The notes under the pieces: model-generated
What the model was told of the DNA's origin: nothing
What the model saw: only the letters and a program-made list of their open reading frames with translations
Database searches by the model: none
NCBI GenBank assembly: GCA_964497125.1
Contig: CAZCDU010000010.1
Span: 2,888-66,887, forward strand
Direction of reading: 5' to 3'
Origin: an uncultured Victivallales bacterium
GTDB taxonomy: Bacteria > Verrucomicrobiota > Kiritimatiellia > UBA8416
DNA: 64,000 nt
In this document: positions 36,798 through 45,035 of the stretch, piece after piece
How positions within the stretch are numbered: the stretch's first letter is position 1
How the letters are laid out: every line of letters begins with the position of its first letter
Made by a program: the position numbers and the translations under genes

Positions 36798-37583
36798 CTA
36801 ACTCTGGCTCTGCTCCGCCGTTTTGGTCTCCAGAAGACTCACACACCCGCAAATAACATCCTGCACTACATCACTCGCCGAAAAAGGAGGCACCCCATTC
36901 CTTTCAGCATCGCGAATCGAATCCTCAAACGGCAACATCGCCACGAAATCAATGCCCGGCAACGCCTCCCGCATGAAAGCCTCATCCCGGTCCGAACGCA
37001 CCATGTTCCCAATGGTCACAAGCTTGGTGAGGCCAATCTCGCCGGCCATCTGCTTGATGCGCAGGGCCGTTTCGATGCTTCTGCGGCCAGGATTCACGAC
37101 CACAACCAACGCATCAACGCTGCCAACAGTCCCGCGCCCCAGATGTTCAACGCCGGCCTCCATATCGAGCACCAAGTCGGAGTTCGGATTCAGGAGGACG
37201 TGGGAAACCAGCGCACGCAACAGAGTGTTTTCGGGACAGTAGCACCCCGTCCCACCCTTCTTGACGGCACCGGCCACCAGGACCCTGACACCATCGATGT
37301 CAACGCCGTAACTGTCGGGAATATCGGAGACATCGGGATTCAACCGGAACATGCCCCCTGTCGTGCCGGGCTTAACCCCCGTCCGCTCTTCAATCAGGCT
37401 CTTGAGCTCGACAAGGGGACGAATGCGATCCCAACCCGCATATCCCAGGCAGGCAGCCAGATTGGAGTCAGGGTCGGCATCAATACAGAAGACCTCGCGG
37501 CCACGGTTGTGAAGGGCTCGCGCCAGCAACGCCGATACCGTCGTCTTGCCAACACCGCCTTTTCCAGTGACCGCCAGCTTCAT
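36798..37583 (-). CDS. cooC: CooC-type CODH Ni-insertion ATPase
   Basis: Deviant Walker A 'AVTGKGGVGKTT' and 'GCYC' metal motif. First gene of the acs operon. Confidence 0.85.
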   Translation of the reverse strand: MKLAVTGKGGVGKTTVSALLARALHNRGREVFCIDADPDSNLAACLGYAGWDRIRPLVELKSLIEERTGVKPGTTGGMFRLNPDVSDIPDSYGVDIDGVRVLVAGAVKKGGTGCYCPENTLLRALVSHVLLNPNSDLVLDMEAGVEHLGRGTVGSVDALVVVVNPGRRSIETALRIKQMAGEIGLTKLVTIGNMVRSDRDEAFMREALPGIDFVAMLPFEDSIRDAERNGVPPFSASDVVQDVICGCVSLLETKTAEQSQS

Positions 37584-37792
37584 ACGCGCCCTACTCCAGC
37601 CTCGTCACCGCTAATGTGGGCATAGGCCTCAGACAGCCAACCGTCATGCCTGCAACAGCAACGATCGTGGCGGCCCGCTCGAAAACCGCACTGGACACTG
37701 ATGCATTGAGTGACGTAATATTTCAACTCGCCCATAAAGGAATATATTCCACCACAACGTGGTGGTCAAGAAGTTTGTCACCGCCCGGGGTG

Positions 37793-37827
37793 CCCCCCTT
37801 TGCCCCCCCCGGTACCAGGGGGGGGGG
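37793..37827. promoter_or_regulatory. homopolymer palindrome C6..C8-GGTACCA-G10 immediately 5' of the regulator start codon
   Basis: C-run 37793-37798, C8 at 37803-37810, loop GGTACCA, G10 at 37818-37827, then ATG at 37830. It could fold as an 8-bp all-GC hairpin and overlaps any ribosome-binding site. Confidence 0.5.
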
Positions 37828-37829
37828 AC

Positions 37830-38306
37830 ATGGAGAATGCAAGTAGTATGAGTCATTCAGATCATGACGGAGAGAAGCCGGCCGGCAAGAAGGCAGAGCC
37901 TGATTCGCGCCACGCCGATACAATCAAGCGGATCCGCACAATGCAGGGGCGAACGCAAGCCGAACTAGCTAATGCTCTCGGCATTTCGGAGAAGGCGGTT
38001 CAGAGCTATGAGCAGGGCTGGCGCACGGTACCGACACGCGTTATGATCCAGTTACTCGTACTGCTGGCCCTGTACCGCAAGCAGACCCTCGATGATATCC
38101 CGTGCTGGGAAATACGGAAATGCCCAACAGACCAACGTGAGCGATGCGCCAGTTTCACTGTCGGTCGCGGGCAATTCTGCTGGTTCATCGGCGACAAAGA
38201 CTGTCGCCCGCCTACATCGAAGACGTCCGACGCCATCCTTCCGTGCATGGACTGCCCGGTCATACAGCGCTTGCTGACGGGCCGCCGAGAAGATACTGCC
38301 GATTGA
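37830..38306 (+). CDS. XRE-family HTH transcriptional regulator with C-terminal 8-Cys domain
   Basis: HTH 'RTQAELANALGISEKAVQSYEQG' followed by 'CWEIRKC...C...FCW...C...CMDC'. ATG chosen at 'MENASSM'. The six-frame ORF starts at an upstream TTG inside the poly-C tract. Confidence 0.55.
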   Translation: MENASSMSHSDHDGEKPAGKKAEPDSRHADTIKRIRTMQGRTQAELANALGISEKAVQSYEQGWRTVPTRVMIQLLVLLALYRKQTLDDIPCWEIRKCPTDQRERCASFTVGRGQFCWFIGDKDCRPPTSKTSDAILPCMDCPVIQRLLTGRREDTAD

Positions 38307-38372
38307 CGCCCACCGTCACTCAGTGGTAGGCTAGCACACGAGGAAAAGCGCACCGCGAAGGAGGAGTCAAGA

Positions 38373-38957
38373 ATGGGGTTTAAGCGATGTCCAGGGAGTT
38401 CGACGTTTGCGCAACCCAAGATTGATTTGGTGAAGTGCCCCGGCTGTGGCGAAGACGTAGAGGTCTGGAGCGATGAGCCAACCGGGCAGTGCACGAATTG
38501 CGGTCGGACAGCGACGCGCTCATCGACACAGTCCTGCATGGACTGGTGTAAACATGCTCAAGAGTGCCTTGGCGACGAGAAGTACAAACAGTACCAGGAC
38601 ATGAAATCCGCCATACGCAAGGAGGCCCTTGTCAAGGCAACGGCGGACCAATACCAATGGCGCAAACACCAACTGGGGTTAGCCTGGGACGCGCTATCGC
38701 GGGCAGAACAGCTGCTGAGCAGCCGCCCCGAAGCCGATCCCAACGTCGTCATCGCCGCCGTCGTCCTGCGCCTCGCGCATCAGCACGCACCCCAGACAGC
38801 CGACGCCGACCGCCTCGCGGTGGCACGGACCATTCTCAAGGGGTTGGACTATCCGGACGATTTCGTGCAGCAGGTTGGCGGATTGCTCGAATTGCCGGAA
38901 CCGCGAGACGAGAACGCAACCAACGTAGCAACCGTCCTCGACGCGCTGGCCCACTAG
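38373..38957 (+). CDS. hypothetical zinc-ribbon protein
   Basis: 194 aa with an N-terminal 'CPGCG...CTNCG' zinc ribbon and a further Cys pair, then a helical C-terminal region. No family assignment. Confidence 0.4.
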   Translation: MGFKRCPGSSTFAQPKIDLVKCPGCGEDVEVWSDEPTGQCTNCGRTATRSSTQSCMDWCKHAQECLGDEKYKQYQDMKSAIRKEALVKATADQYQWRKHQLGLAWDALSRAEQLLSSRPEADPNVVIAAVVLRLAHQHAPQTADADRLAVARTILKGLDYPDDFVQQVGGLLELPEPRDENATNVATVLDALAH

Positions 38958-39099
38958 CCTGAAGCTTGGCCGTCTTCTTCAGGTCCTTGCTCCCTCGCTC
39001 GCCAGAGCGTGGATGAGCAAGAATGGAGCATGTGAGAGACCAAGAGAGGAGCAGGCGCTCTCCTTTTGGTCTATCTATCCACTCTTCTTGCGCGATCCA

Positions 39100-39330
39100 C
39101 CGTCTGGCGGCGGAGGCTACAAGCGTTTCACCCCTGCTTAATCCGAGTCCACTCGGCCGGGGGCGAAACTAACCTGAAACTTAACCTGTTTCCTAGTGTT
39201 TTAGACTCTTCCGTAGGGCGGGAAATCTTCCCGCCCACTCCCTTCTGTCGAACGTCCAGGAAGGGTTCCCGGCCTACATAAGAGCGTTTCACCCCTGAAT
39301 AGTCCGAGTCCTCTCGGCGGCTTCGTTGAC
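39100..39330. repeat. intergenic repeat cluster C (two direct ~36-nt units, inverted relative to clusters A/B)
   Basis: 'GCGTTTCACCCCTGCTTAATCCGAGTCCACTCGGCC' (39120s) and 'GCGTTTCACCCCTGAATAGTCCGAGTCCTCTCGGCGG' (39280s), 159 bp apart. Also a 'GGGCGGGAAATCTTCCCGCCC' palindrome and 'CTGAAACTTAAC'. Confidence 0.7.
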
Positions 39331-39428
39331 CTCCGACTCCCCTCCCTCCCTTTAGCCTTGCCGAACGTCAACCCCCACCGGTAAAGTGGTTGACGTTTGA
39401 CTTATTGCCGCCGAAGAAAGGGAACCCG

Positions 39429-40439
39429 ATGATTGATGCCATTATAGAGCAGGCCTATGCCGTATTGGACGGCACGCCGCTGGATCGCGAGACCGCACTG
39501 AAGCTTTGCGCCCTCGAGGGAGAAGCCATCCTGGATGTCGTCTCGCTCGCCAACAAGGTCCGCAATCGCCACGCCCGGGAGGGCCACGTTTGCACCATCA
39601 TGAACGCCAAATCAGGCGCGTGTGGCGAAAACTGCCGCTTCTGCGCGCAGTCTGCGCATCATGATGCGGAGATTGAAGTCTATCCGCTGCAGACCGTTGA
39701 GTCCATGGTTGCCGAGGCCCGTACGGCCTACGAGACCGGAGTGCGTAGCTTTGGACTCGTCACCAGCGGCACGGGATTCCAGGAGGTCGACGAGAGCTTC
39801 CAGACGATTCTCGATGGTATCGATGCCATCCACGAGGCCCTGCCGGACATGAACGTGTGTGCCTCGCTGGGCATTCTGAGCGAGACCACCGCCACGGAAC
39901 TCGCAAAGCATGGGATTCAGCACTACAACATCAACCTGCAGACCGATCCCGCCCGCTATGGCGAGCTGGTCGCCACCACGCACGGCATCGACGCGCGGAT
40001 CGAAACGGTGCGCCGTCTCCAGGCCGTCGGCATCGGCGTGTGTTGCGGCGGCATCCTGGGACTGGGCGAGAGCATGCAGGACCGTGTCTCGATGGCCTAT
40101 GCGCTGAAGGACCTGGACGTCGACGTGATTCCGCTCAACGTGCTCGTCCCCATTGCCGAGACACCGTTGGCCACATCGCCCAGCATTGAGCCTGCGGAAG
40201 CGGCGCTGACGTTTGCCCTGTTCCGGCTCATCAACCCGACCAAGATCATCAAGTTCGCCGCCGGCCGCGAAAGCCGTATGAGCGATTTCCAGGGGTTACT
40301 GATGTTGGCAGGAGTCAACGGGATGCTGGTCGGCGGTTACCTAACCACCCGCGGCCGTGACGTCGATGATGATGGCGTGTTCTCACAGCAGCTTCAGGCG
40401 TTCAGCAATGGGACCGATCCTCTATGGAAACCAAGTTGA
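39429..40439 (+). CDS. bioB: biotin synthase (radical SAM)
   Basis: 'CGENCRFC' radical-SAM motif and BioB 2Fe-2S ligand context. Start set at 'MIDAIIEQ'. First gene of the bio operon. Confidence 0.85.
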   Translation: MIDAIIEQAYAVLDGTPLDRETALKLCALEGEAILDVVSLANKVRNRHAREGHVCTIMNAKSGACGENCRFCAQSAHHDAEIEVYPLQTVESMVAEARTAYETGVRSFGLVTSGTGFQEVDESFQTILDGIDAIHEALPDMNVCASLGILSETTATELAKHGIQHYNINLQTDPARYGELVATTHGIDARIETVRRLQAVGIGVCCGGILGLGESMQDRVSMAYALKDLDVDVIPLNVLVPIAETPLATSPSIEPAEAALTFALFRLINPTKIIKFAAGRESRMSDFQGLLMLAGVNGMLVGGYLTTRGRDVDDDGVFSQQLQAFSNGTDPLWKPS

Positions 40440-41743
40440 CCGACGCCGGGAGCGTGGCGGATCTTCAGGCATTTGACGCCGCCCATCTCTGGCATCCTTA
40501 CACCTCCATGACGAATCCCGTGCCGGCCTATCCCGTAACATCAGCCGCCGGGGTGCGGCTGCGCCTGGCCGATGGTCGCGAGCTGGTCGACGGCATGTCG
40601 TCCTGGTGGGCCGCCATTCATGGCTACAACCATCCGGTACTCAACGCCGCCCTCTCAGATCAGGCGGCACGGATGGCTCACGTGATGTTCGGTGGGCTGA
40701 CGCATCAACCCGCGGTCGACCTGGCTCAGCTCCTGGTTGAACTTGCGCCCGGCGATCTCGACAAGGTGTTTCTGTGTGACTCAGGGTCGGTCGCCGTCGA
40801 GGTCGCCATGAAGATGGCCCTGCAGTACTGGCATGCCAACGGACAACCCGGTCGGGATCGCTTTCTAACTGTGCGATCCGGCTACCACGGCGACACCTTT
40901 CACGCCATGTCGGTCTGCGATCCCGTGACGGGCATGCATTCACTATTCGAAGGTGCGCTGCCGAAGCAGTTCTTCGCTGAGGCCCCAGCCTGTGCCTATG
41001 GCGCAACATGGGATCCCGCCGCCCTCAAACCATTTGAGCAACAGCTGATCGATCATGGACACCAAATCGCCGCAGCCATTCTCGAGCCCATCGTTCAGGG
41101 AGCCGGCGGCATGCGATTCTACGCGCCGGAGTATCTCGCCGGCGTGCGGGAGCTGTGCAATCGCCACGGTGTGCTGCTGATTCTTGATGAGATCGCCACC
41201 GGCTTCGGGCGTACGGGACGCCTGTTCGGCTGCAACCATGCTGACGTCGTGCCGGACATCATGTGCCTGGGCAAGGCGCTGACCGGAGGGTACCTGACAC
41301 TGGCGGCCACGCTCACGACAAAGGCCGTCGCCGAGGGCATCAGCCGTGATGGCGGTGTCTTCATGCACGGCCCCACGTTCATGGGCAATCCGCTGGCCTG
41401 TGCCGTCGCATGCGCGAGCATCCGTCTGCTGCTGGAGAGTCCCTGGCAGGAGCGTGTGGCGCGAATTGAGGAGCGGCTTGAGAACGGGCTGGCCCCGTGC
41501 CGCGGCATGACCGGGGTGCGCGATGTGCGCGTGCTGGGCGCCATCGGTGTGATCGAATTGGATCAACCGCTTGACGTCGCCGCCGTTCAGCGCGTGGTGA
41601 TGTCACACGGTGTCTGGCTGCGCCCCTTCGGCAAACTGCTCTACACGATGCCTCCTTTTGTGATTGAAGATGATGATCTGGACTTGATTACGGCAGCCAT
41701 GCGGGCAGCCGTCACCGACCTGGCAACGGAGGATGCATCATGA
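40424..41743 (+). CDS. bioA: adenosylmethionine-8-amino-7-oxononanoate aminotransferase
   Basis: Class-III aminotransferase with PLP-lysine context '[13 protein letters not shown]' and a 'WHPYT' N-terminal motif. Confidence 0.85.
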   Translation: METKLTDAGSVADLQAFDAAHLWHPYTSMTNPVPAYPVTSAAGVRLRLADGRELVDGMSSWWAAIHGYNHPVLNAALSDQAARMAHVMFGGLTHQPAVDLAQLLVELAPGDLDKVFLCDSGSVAVEVAMKMALQYWHANGQPGRDRFLTVRSGYHGDTFHAMSVCDPVTGMHSLFEGALPKQFFAEAPACAYGATWDPAALKPFEQQLIDHGHQIAAAILEPIVQGAGGMRFYAPEYLAGVRELCNRHGVLLILDEIATGFGRTGRLFGCNHADVVPDIMCLGKALTGGYLTLAATLTTKAVAEGISRDGGVFMHGPTFMGNPLACAVACASIRLLLESPWQERVARIEERLENGLAPCRGMTGVRDVRVLGAIGVIELDQPLDVAAVQRVVMSHGVWLRPFGKLLYTMPPFVIEDDDLDLITAAMRAAVTDLATEDAS

Positions 41744-42930
41744 CCTCCCCTTCCCCGCTGCTATCCGATATCCGCCATGAGCTGGACGCACTGGAGGCCA
41801 AGTCACGGCTTCGCCGCCTGCGACCAACCACTCCGCTGGCCGGCCCCTACATTGAAGTAGACGGCCGCCGCATGCTCGATCTCTCCTCTAATGACTATCT
41901 CGGACTGGCTTCCGATCCCGCAGCCCTTGCCGAGTTCTATGAAGGTGTTGCCGCGGTACCGGACCTTGCAAGGAGATCCGGGGGCGCAACCGCCTCTCGC
42001 CTCCTTTCCGGCAACCGCGCCGTCTGCGGTGAGCTTGAGGAGGCGCTCAGTGCAGCCTACGGTCAGGCGGCGCTGGTGTTCAACAGTGGCTACCACGCGA
42101 ACATCGGCATCATTCCTGCCCTGGCGGACCGAAAGGATCTGGTGCTGCTGGATCGCCTGTGTCACGCCAGCATCATTGATGGCGTCCGCCTGTCAGGCGC
42201 CAACTGGCTGCGCTATCGCCACGGCGACATGGATCACCTCGAGCAGCTGTTACGGGACAAAGGCTCCGATGCCCGGCGGATCTTCATCGTGAGCGAATCC
42301 GTGTTCAGCATGGATGGTGATTGCATTGATGTGGCGGCGCTAGTGGACATAAAGACACGCTACGGCGCGACGCTCGTGCTCGACGAAGCCCATGCGGTCG
42401 GCGTCTTGGGTGACCGGGGACTGGGCGCAGCCGAAGCCGCCGGCGTTCTGGATCGCGTTGATATCCTGGTCGGGACGTTGGGTAAGGCATACGGGTCAAT
42501 GGGCGCCTTTGTTGTGGCGGAGGAGGACCTCTGCAGCTACCTGGTGAACCACGCGCGCTCGTTCATCTTCAGTACGGGACTGCCGCCCAGTGTGCATGCC
42601 TGGAGCGTGGCGGCATTTCGAAACGCGCTGGTCGCGACCGCGGAACGCAATCACCTGGCCACGCTTGCTGCACGCTTTCGCGCTGCACTCGAGGAGGCCG
42701 GACTGCAGACGTGCGGCAACAGCCAGATTGTTCCCGTGATTCTGGGCAATGATGCGGCGGCCGTGGCTGCCGCGGAAGCGTTACAGGCGGCGGGGTATTG
42801 GAGTCTTCCCATTCGCCCTCCAACCGTGCCGTCCAATACGGCGCGGCTGCGATTCTCGCTGTGCGCCAACATGACGTGGGATGATCTCGCGGGGGTGATT
42901 CCTGTGCTTCAGAGGGCGGTGAGTGCATGA
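41740..42930 (+). CDS. bioF: 8-amino-7-oxononanoate synthase
   Basis: Alpha-oxoamine synthase family with PLP lysine in '[12 protein letters not shown]'. 4-bp overlap with bioA. Confidence 0.85.
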   Translation: MTSPSPLLSDIRHELDALEAKSRLRRLRPTTPLAGPYIEVDGRRMLDLSSNDYLGLASDPAALAEFYEGVAAVPDLARRSGGATASRLLSGNRAVCGELEEALSAAYGQAALVFNSGYHANIGIIPALADRKDLVLLDRLCHASIIDGVRLSGANWLRYRHGDMDHLEQLLRDKGSDARRIFIVSESVFSMDGDCIDVAALVDIKTRYGATLVLDEAHAVGVLGDRGLGAAEAAGVLDRVDILVGTLGKAYGSMGAFVVAEEDLCSYLVNHARSFIFSTGLPPSVHAWSVAAFRNALVATAERNHLATLAARFRAALEEAGLQTCGNSQIVPVILGNDAAAVAAAEALQAAGYWSLPIRPPTVPSNTARLRFSLCANMTWDDLAGVIPVLQRAVSA

Positions 42931-43598
42931 AGCATGAATGGCTGATCCACGAGGGACGCGAGCGCCTGATTCTGTTCTTTGCGGGATGGGGTATGGATGC
43001 GCGCCCGTTCAGAAGCATCACGGCAACGTCATCGGATGTCCTCGTGCTCTTCAGTTATCACGAGCCGTCCGACGCTACAGTGCTCACAGACGTCTGCGCC
43101 GGCTATGCGCGCAGTGATGTGTTGGCATGGTCGCTAGGCGTTGTGATGGCCGGACACTGGCGTGCGGGAACCGACACCCCGGTCGCGCATGCCGTTGCAT
43201 TGAACGGCACCCCCTACCCCGCACACGACTCCAAAGGAATCCCCACCGATCGGTTTAACGGCACCCTCGACCAGCTATCGCAGGCCAGCCTCCAGCAATT
43301 CTACCGCAGGATGTGCGGGCGACCCGCCGCGTTGAAAGACTTCCTGGCGTCCGCACCCGCGCGCGACATCGATGATCTCCGGCTTGAGCTGGCGTTCTTG
43401 AGAGATCAATCGCCTTGCCCGGAAGCCGTCTTTGATGGCGCCGTGGTTAGTTCACGTGACCGCATCGTCCCGTCCGCAAATCAGCGGAATTGCTGGGGTG
43501 AAGCAGACACGCCATACCACGATATCGACGGGCCACATTTTCTATTTAGTTCGATCACGCATTGGGAGGAGCTGCTGGATGCCGGCAATGGAGCATAG
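42927..43598 (+). CDS. bioG: pimeloyl-ACP methyl ester esterase BioG (DUF452)
   Basis: Motifs 'LILFFAGWGMD', 'VLAWSLGVVMA', 'ALNGTPYP' and 'VSSRDRIVPSANQ' match the BioG/DUF452 family as I recall it from Haemophilus BioG. Confidence 0.7.
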   Translation: MKHEWLIHEGRERLILFFAGWGMDARPFRSITATSSDVLVLFSYHEPSDATVLTDVCAGYARSDVLAWSLGVVMAGHWRAGTDTPVAHAVALNGTPYPAHDSKGIPTDRFNGTLDQLSQASLQQFYRRMCGRPAALKDFLASAPARDIDDLRLELAFLRDQSPCPEAVFDGAVVSSRDRIVPSANQRNCWGEADTPYHDIDGPHFLFSSITHWEELLDAGNGA

Positions 43599-44361
43599 AA
43601 AAGAGTTGATTGGAGAGCGGTTCAGCCGCCGGATTGCGAGCTACGACAATGCAGCCGTGGTCCAGCGGGGAATGGCCCAGCTCCTGGTTGAGCAACTGGC
43701 GCACGTGCTGAACTCTCGCACGTGCGGCAAGACCCTCGAGCTGGGCTGCGGAACTGGTGCGCTGACAAGAGCGATCTTGAAATCATTCAAGATGAAGTAT
43801 CTGATCGCCAATGATCTGACGTCTGCATATGACGTGCGGATCCGTAGGATCGTTGACGCGTTTGATGTTCCCCACTACGAGTTTCTTGCAGGAGACATGG
43901 AGCAGATCGCCCTGCCAAGGGACATTGATCTGATTCTCTCCAACGCGGCCTTTCAGTGGTTAACGAATCCGGGCGCCTTCCTGCATCACGTCGTTGACTG
44001 TCTTGTGCCGGGAGGGATACTGGCCTTTGCGACATTTGGTCCGGACCAGTACATTGAAATCGCCACGCTCACCGGCGATCGATTACCGTATCTCACGCTC
44101 GACGCATGCCGCGGTGCTCTCGAACCGCACGGCACCGTCCTCTACGCCGACGAAGACCACATCCCGATGGTATTCGACTCGCCGGCCGGGGTTCTGGGCC
44201 ACATCCGGGATACCGGCGTCAACGCGGTACGGCGACGCTTCTGGACGCGGGGGGACCAGCGACGCTTTATAGAGCAGTACCGGGAGCAGTTCCCGCACAA
44301 ATCAGGTGTCCGGCTCACCTACAACCCAATCTACCTCATCTTCAGAAAGGCAGACGGATGA
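43579..44361 (+). CDS. bioC: malonyl-ACP O-methyltransferase
   Basis: SAM-MTase motif I 'LELGCGTGALT'. BioC-like length with the start set at 'MPAMEH', which overlaps the bioG stop. The long upstream extension in the six-frame ORF lies in a different frame from bioG. Confidence 0.7.
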   Translation: MPAMEHRKELIGERFSRRIASYDNAAVVQRGMAQLLVEQLAHVLNSRTCGKTLELGCGTGALTRAILKSFKMKYLIANDLTSAYDVRIRRIVDAFDVPHYEFLAGDMEQIALPRDIDLILSNAAFQWLTNPGAFLHHVVDCLVPGGILAFATFGPDQYIEIATLTGDRLPYLTLDACRGALEPHGTVLYADEDHIPMVFDSPAGVLGHIRDTGVNAVRRRFWTRGDQRRFIEQYREQFPHKSGVRLTYNPIYLIFRKADG

Positions 44362-45035
44362 TCCTCTTTGTTACGGCAATTGATACCGGAGTCGGCAAGA
44401 CTTACGCGACAGGGCTTCTCGGACGCTATCTTCGTCAGATAACGCCATCCGTAATCACCATGAAGCTTGCCCAGACCGGGTGCGAAGGACTTTCAGAAGA
44501 CATCATCGAGCATCGACGACTGATGGCGATCGACCTCATGCCCGAAGATCGCGAGGGATCCACATGCCCGTACGTCTTCCCATTCCCGGCATCGCCGCAC
44601 CTGGCCGCACGGGAGGCGGGCACGTCAATCTCGCCGGAACGGCTACAGCGCGCCATTCACGATCTTGCCGAACGCTACGAACACGTCGTGATTGAGGGGG
44701 TCGGCGGTCTGTGCGTGCCGCTGACCGAAACCGTAACCATCCTTGATCTTCTGACCGAGGGCCGTTACCCGACGCTTGTAGTGAGCACACCGAAACTGGG
44801 CAGCATCAACCATACGTTGCTGACACTGGAAGCGCTCCGGTCACGTGATATCCCCATCGCGGGCATCCTCTACAACCGCCACATCAAAGCCCCCGAGCCC
44901 ATCACGAAGGACTCCCGCGTCATCTTCCAGGACTGGCTGAAGCATCACAACACCCCCGACACCATCATCGACCTGCCCCACGTCAGTGCCGACGCCATTC
45001 CCGACGTCAGTTTCGAGGAACTGATGCGTTCTTAG
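44358..45035 (+). CDS. bioD: dethiobiotin synthetase
   Basis: P-loop 'AIDTGVGKTY' near the N-terminus. Start at 'MILFVTAIDTG' overlaps the bioC stop (ATGA). Confidence 0.8.
   Translation: MILFVTAIDTGVGKTYATGLLGRYLRQITPSVITMKLAQTGCEGLSEDIIEHRRLMAIDLMPEDREGSTCPYVFPFPASPHLAAREAGTSISPERLQRAIHDLAERYEHVVIEGVGGLCVPLTETVTILDLLTEGRYPTLVVSTPKLGSINHTLLTLEALRSRDIPIAGILYNRHIKAPEPITKDSRVIFQDWLKHHNTPDTIIDLPHVSADAIPDVSFEELMRS

Noticed and set aside
39100-39330. Possible CRISPR array, because the repeats have a hairpin and end in ...GTGAAAC
   Set aside because: Only two direct copies here and two or three at the other loci. Spacing is about 159-217 bp rather than about 60-72 bp, and the units are imperfect and occur in both orientations. 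No cas genes are present in the window. They are better explained as a dispersed REP/MITE-like family.
43432-45035. Extended N-termini of the bioC (43432) and bioD (44106) six-frame ORFs
   Set aside because: The upstream extensions overlap bioG/bioC in other frames and lack family similarity. Internal ATGs at 43579 and 44358 give normal-length BioC and BioD with the usual 4-bp ATGA-type overlaps.
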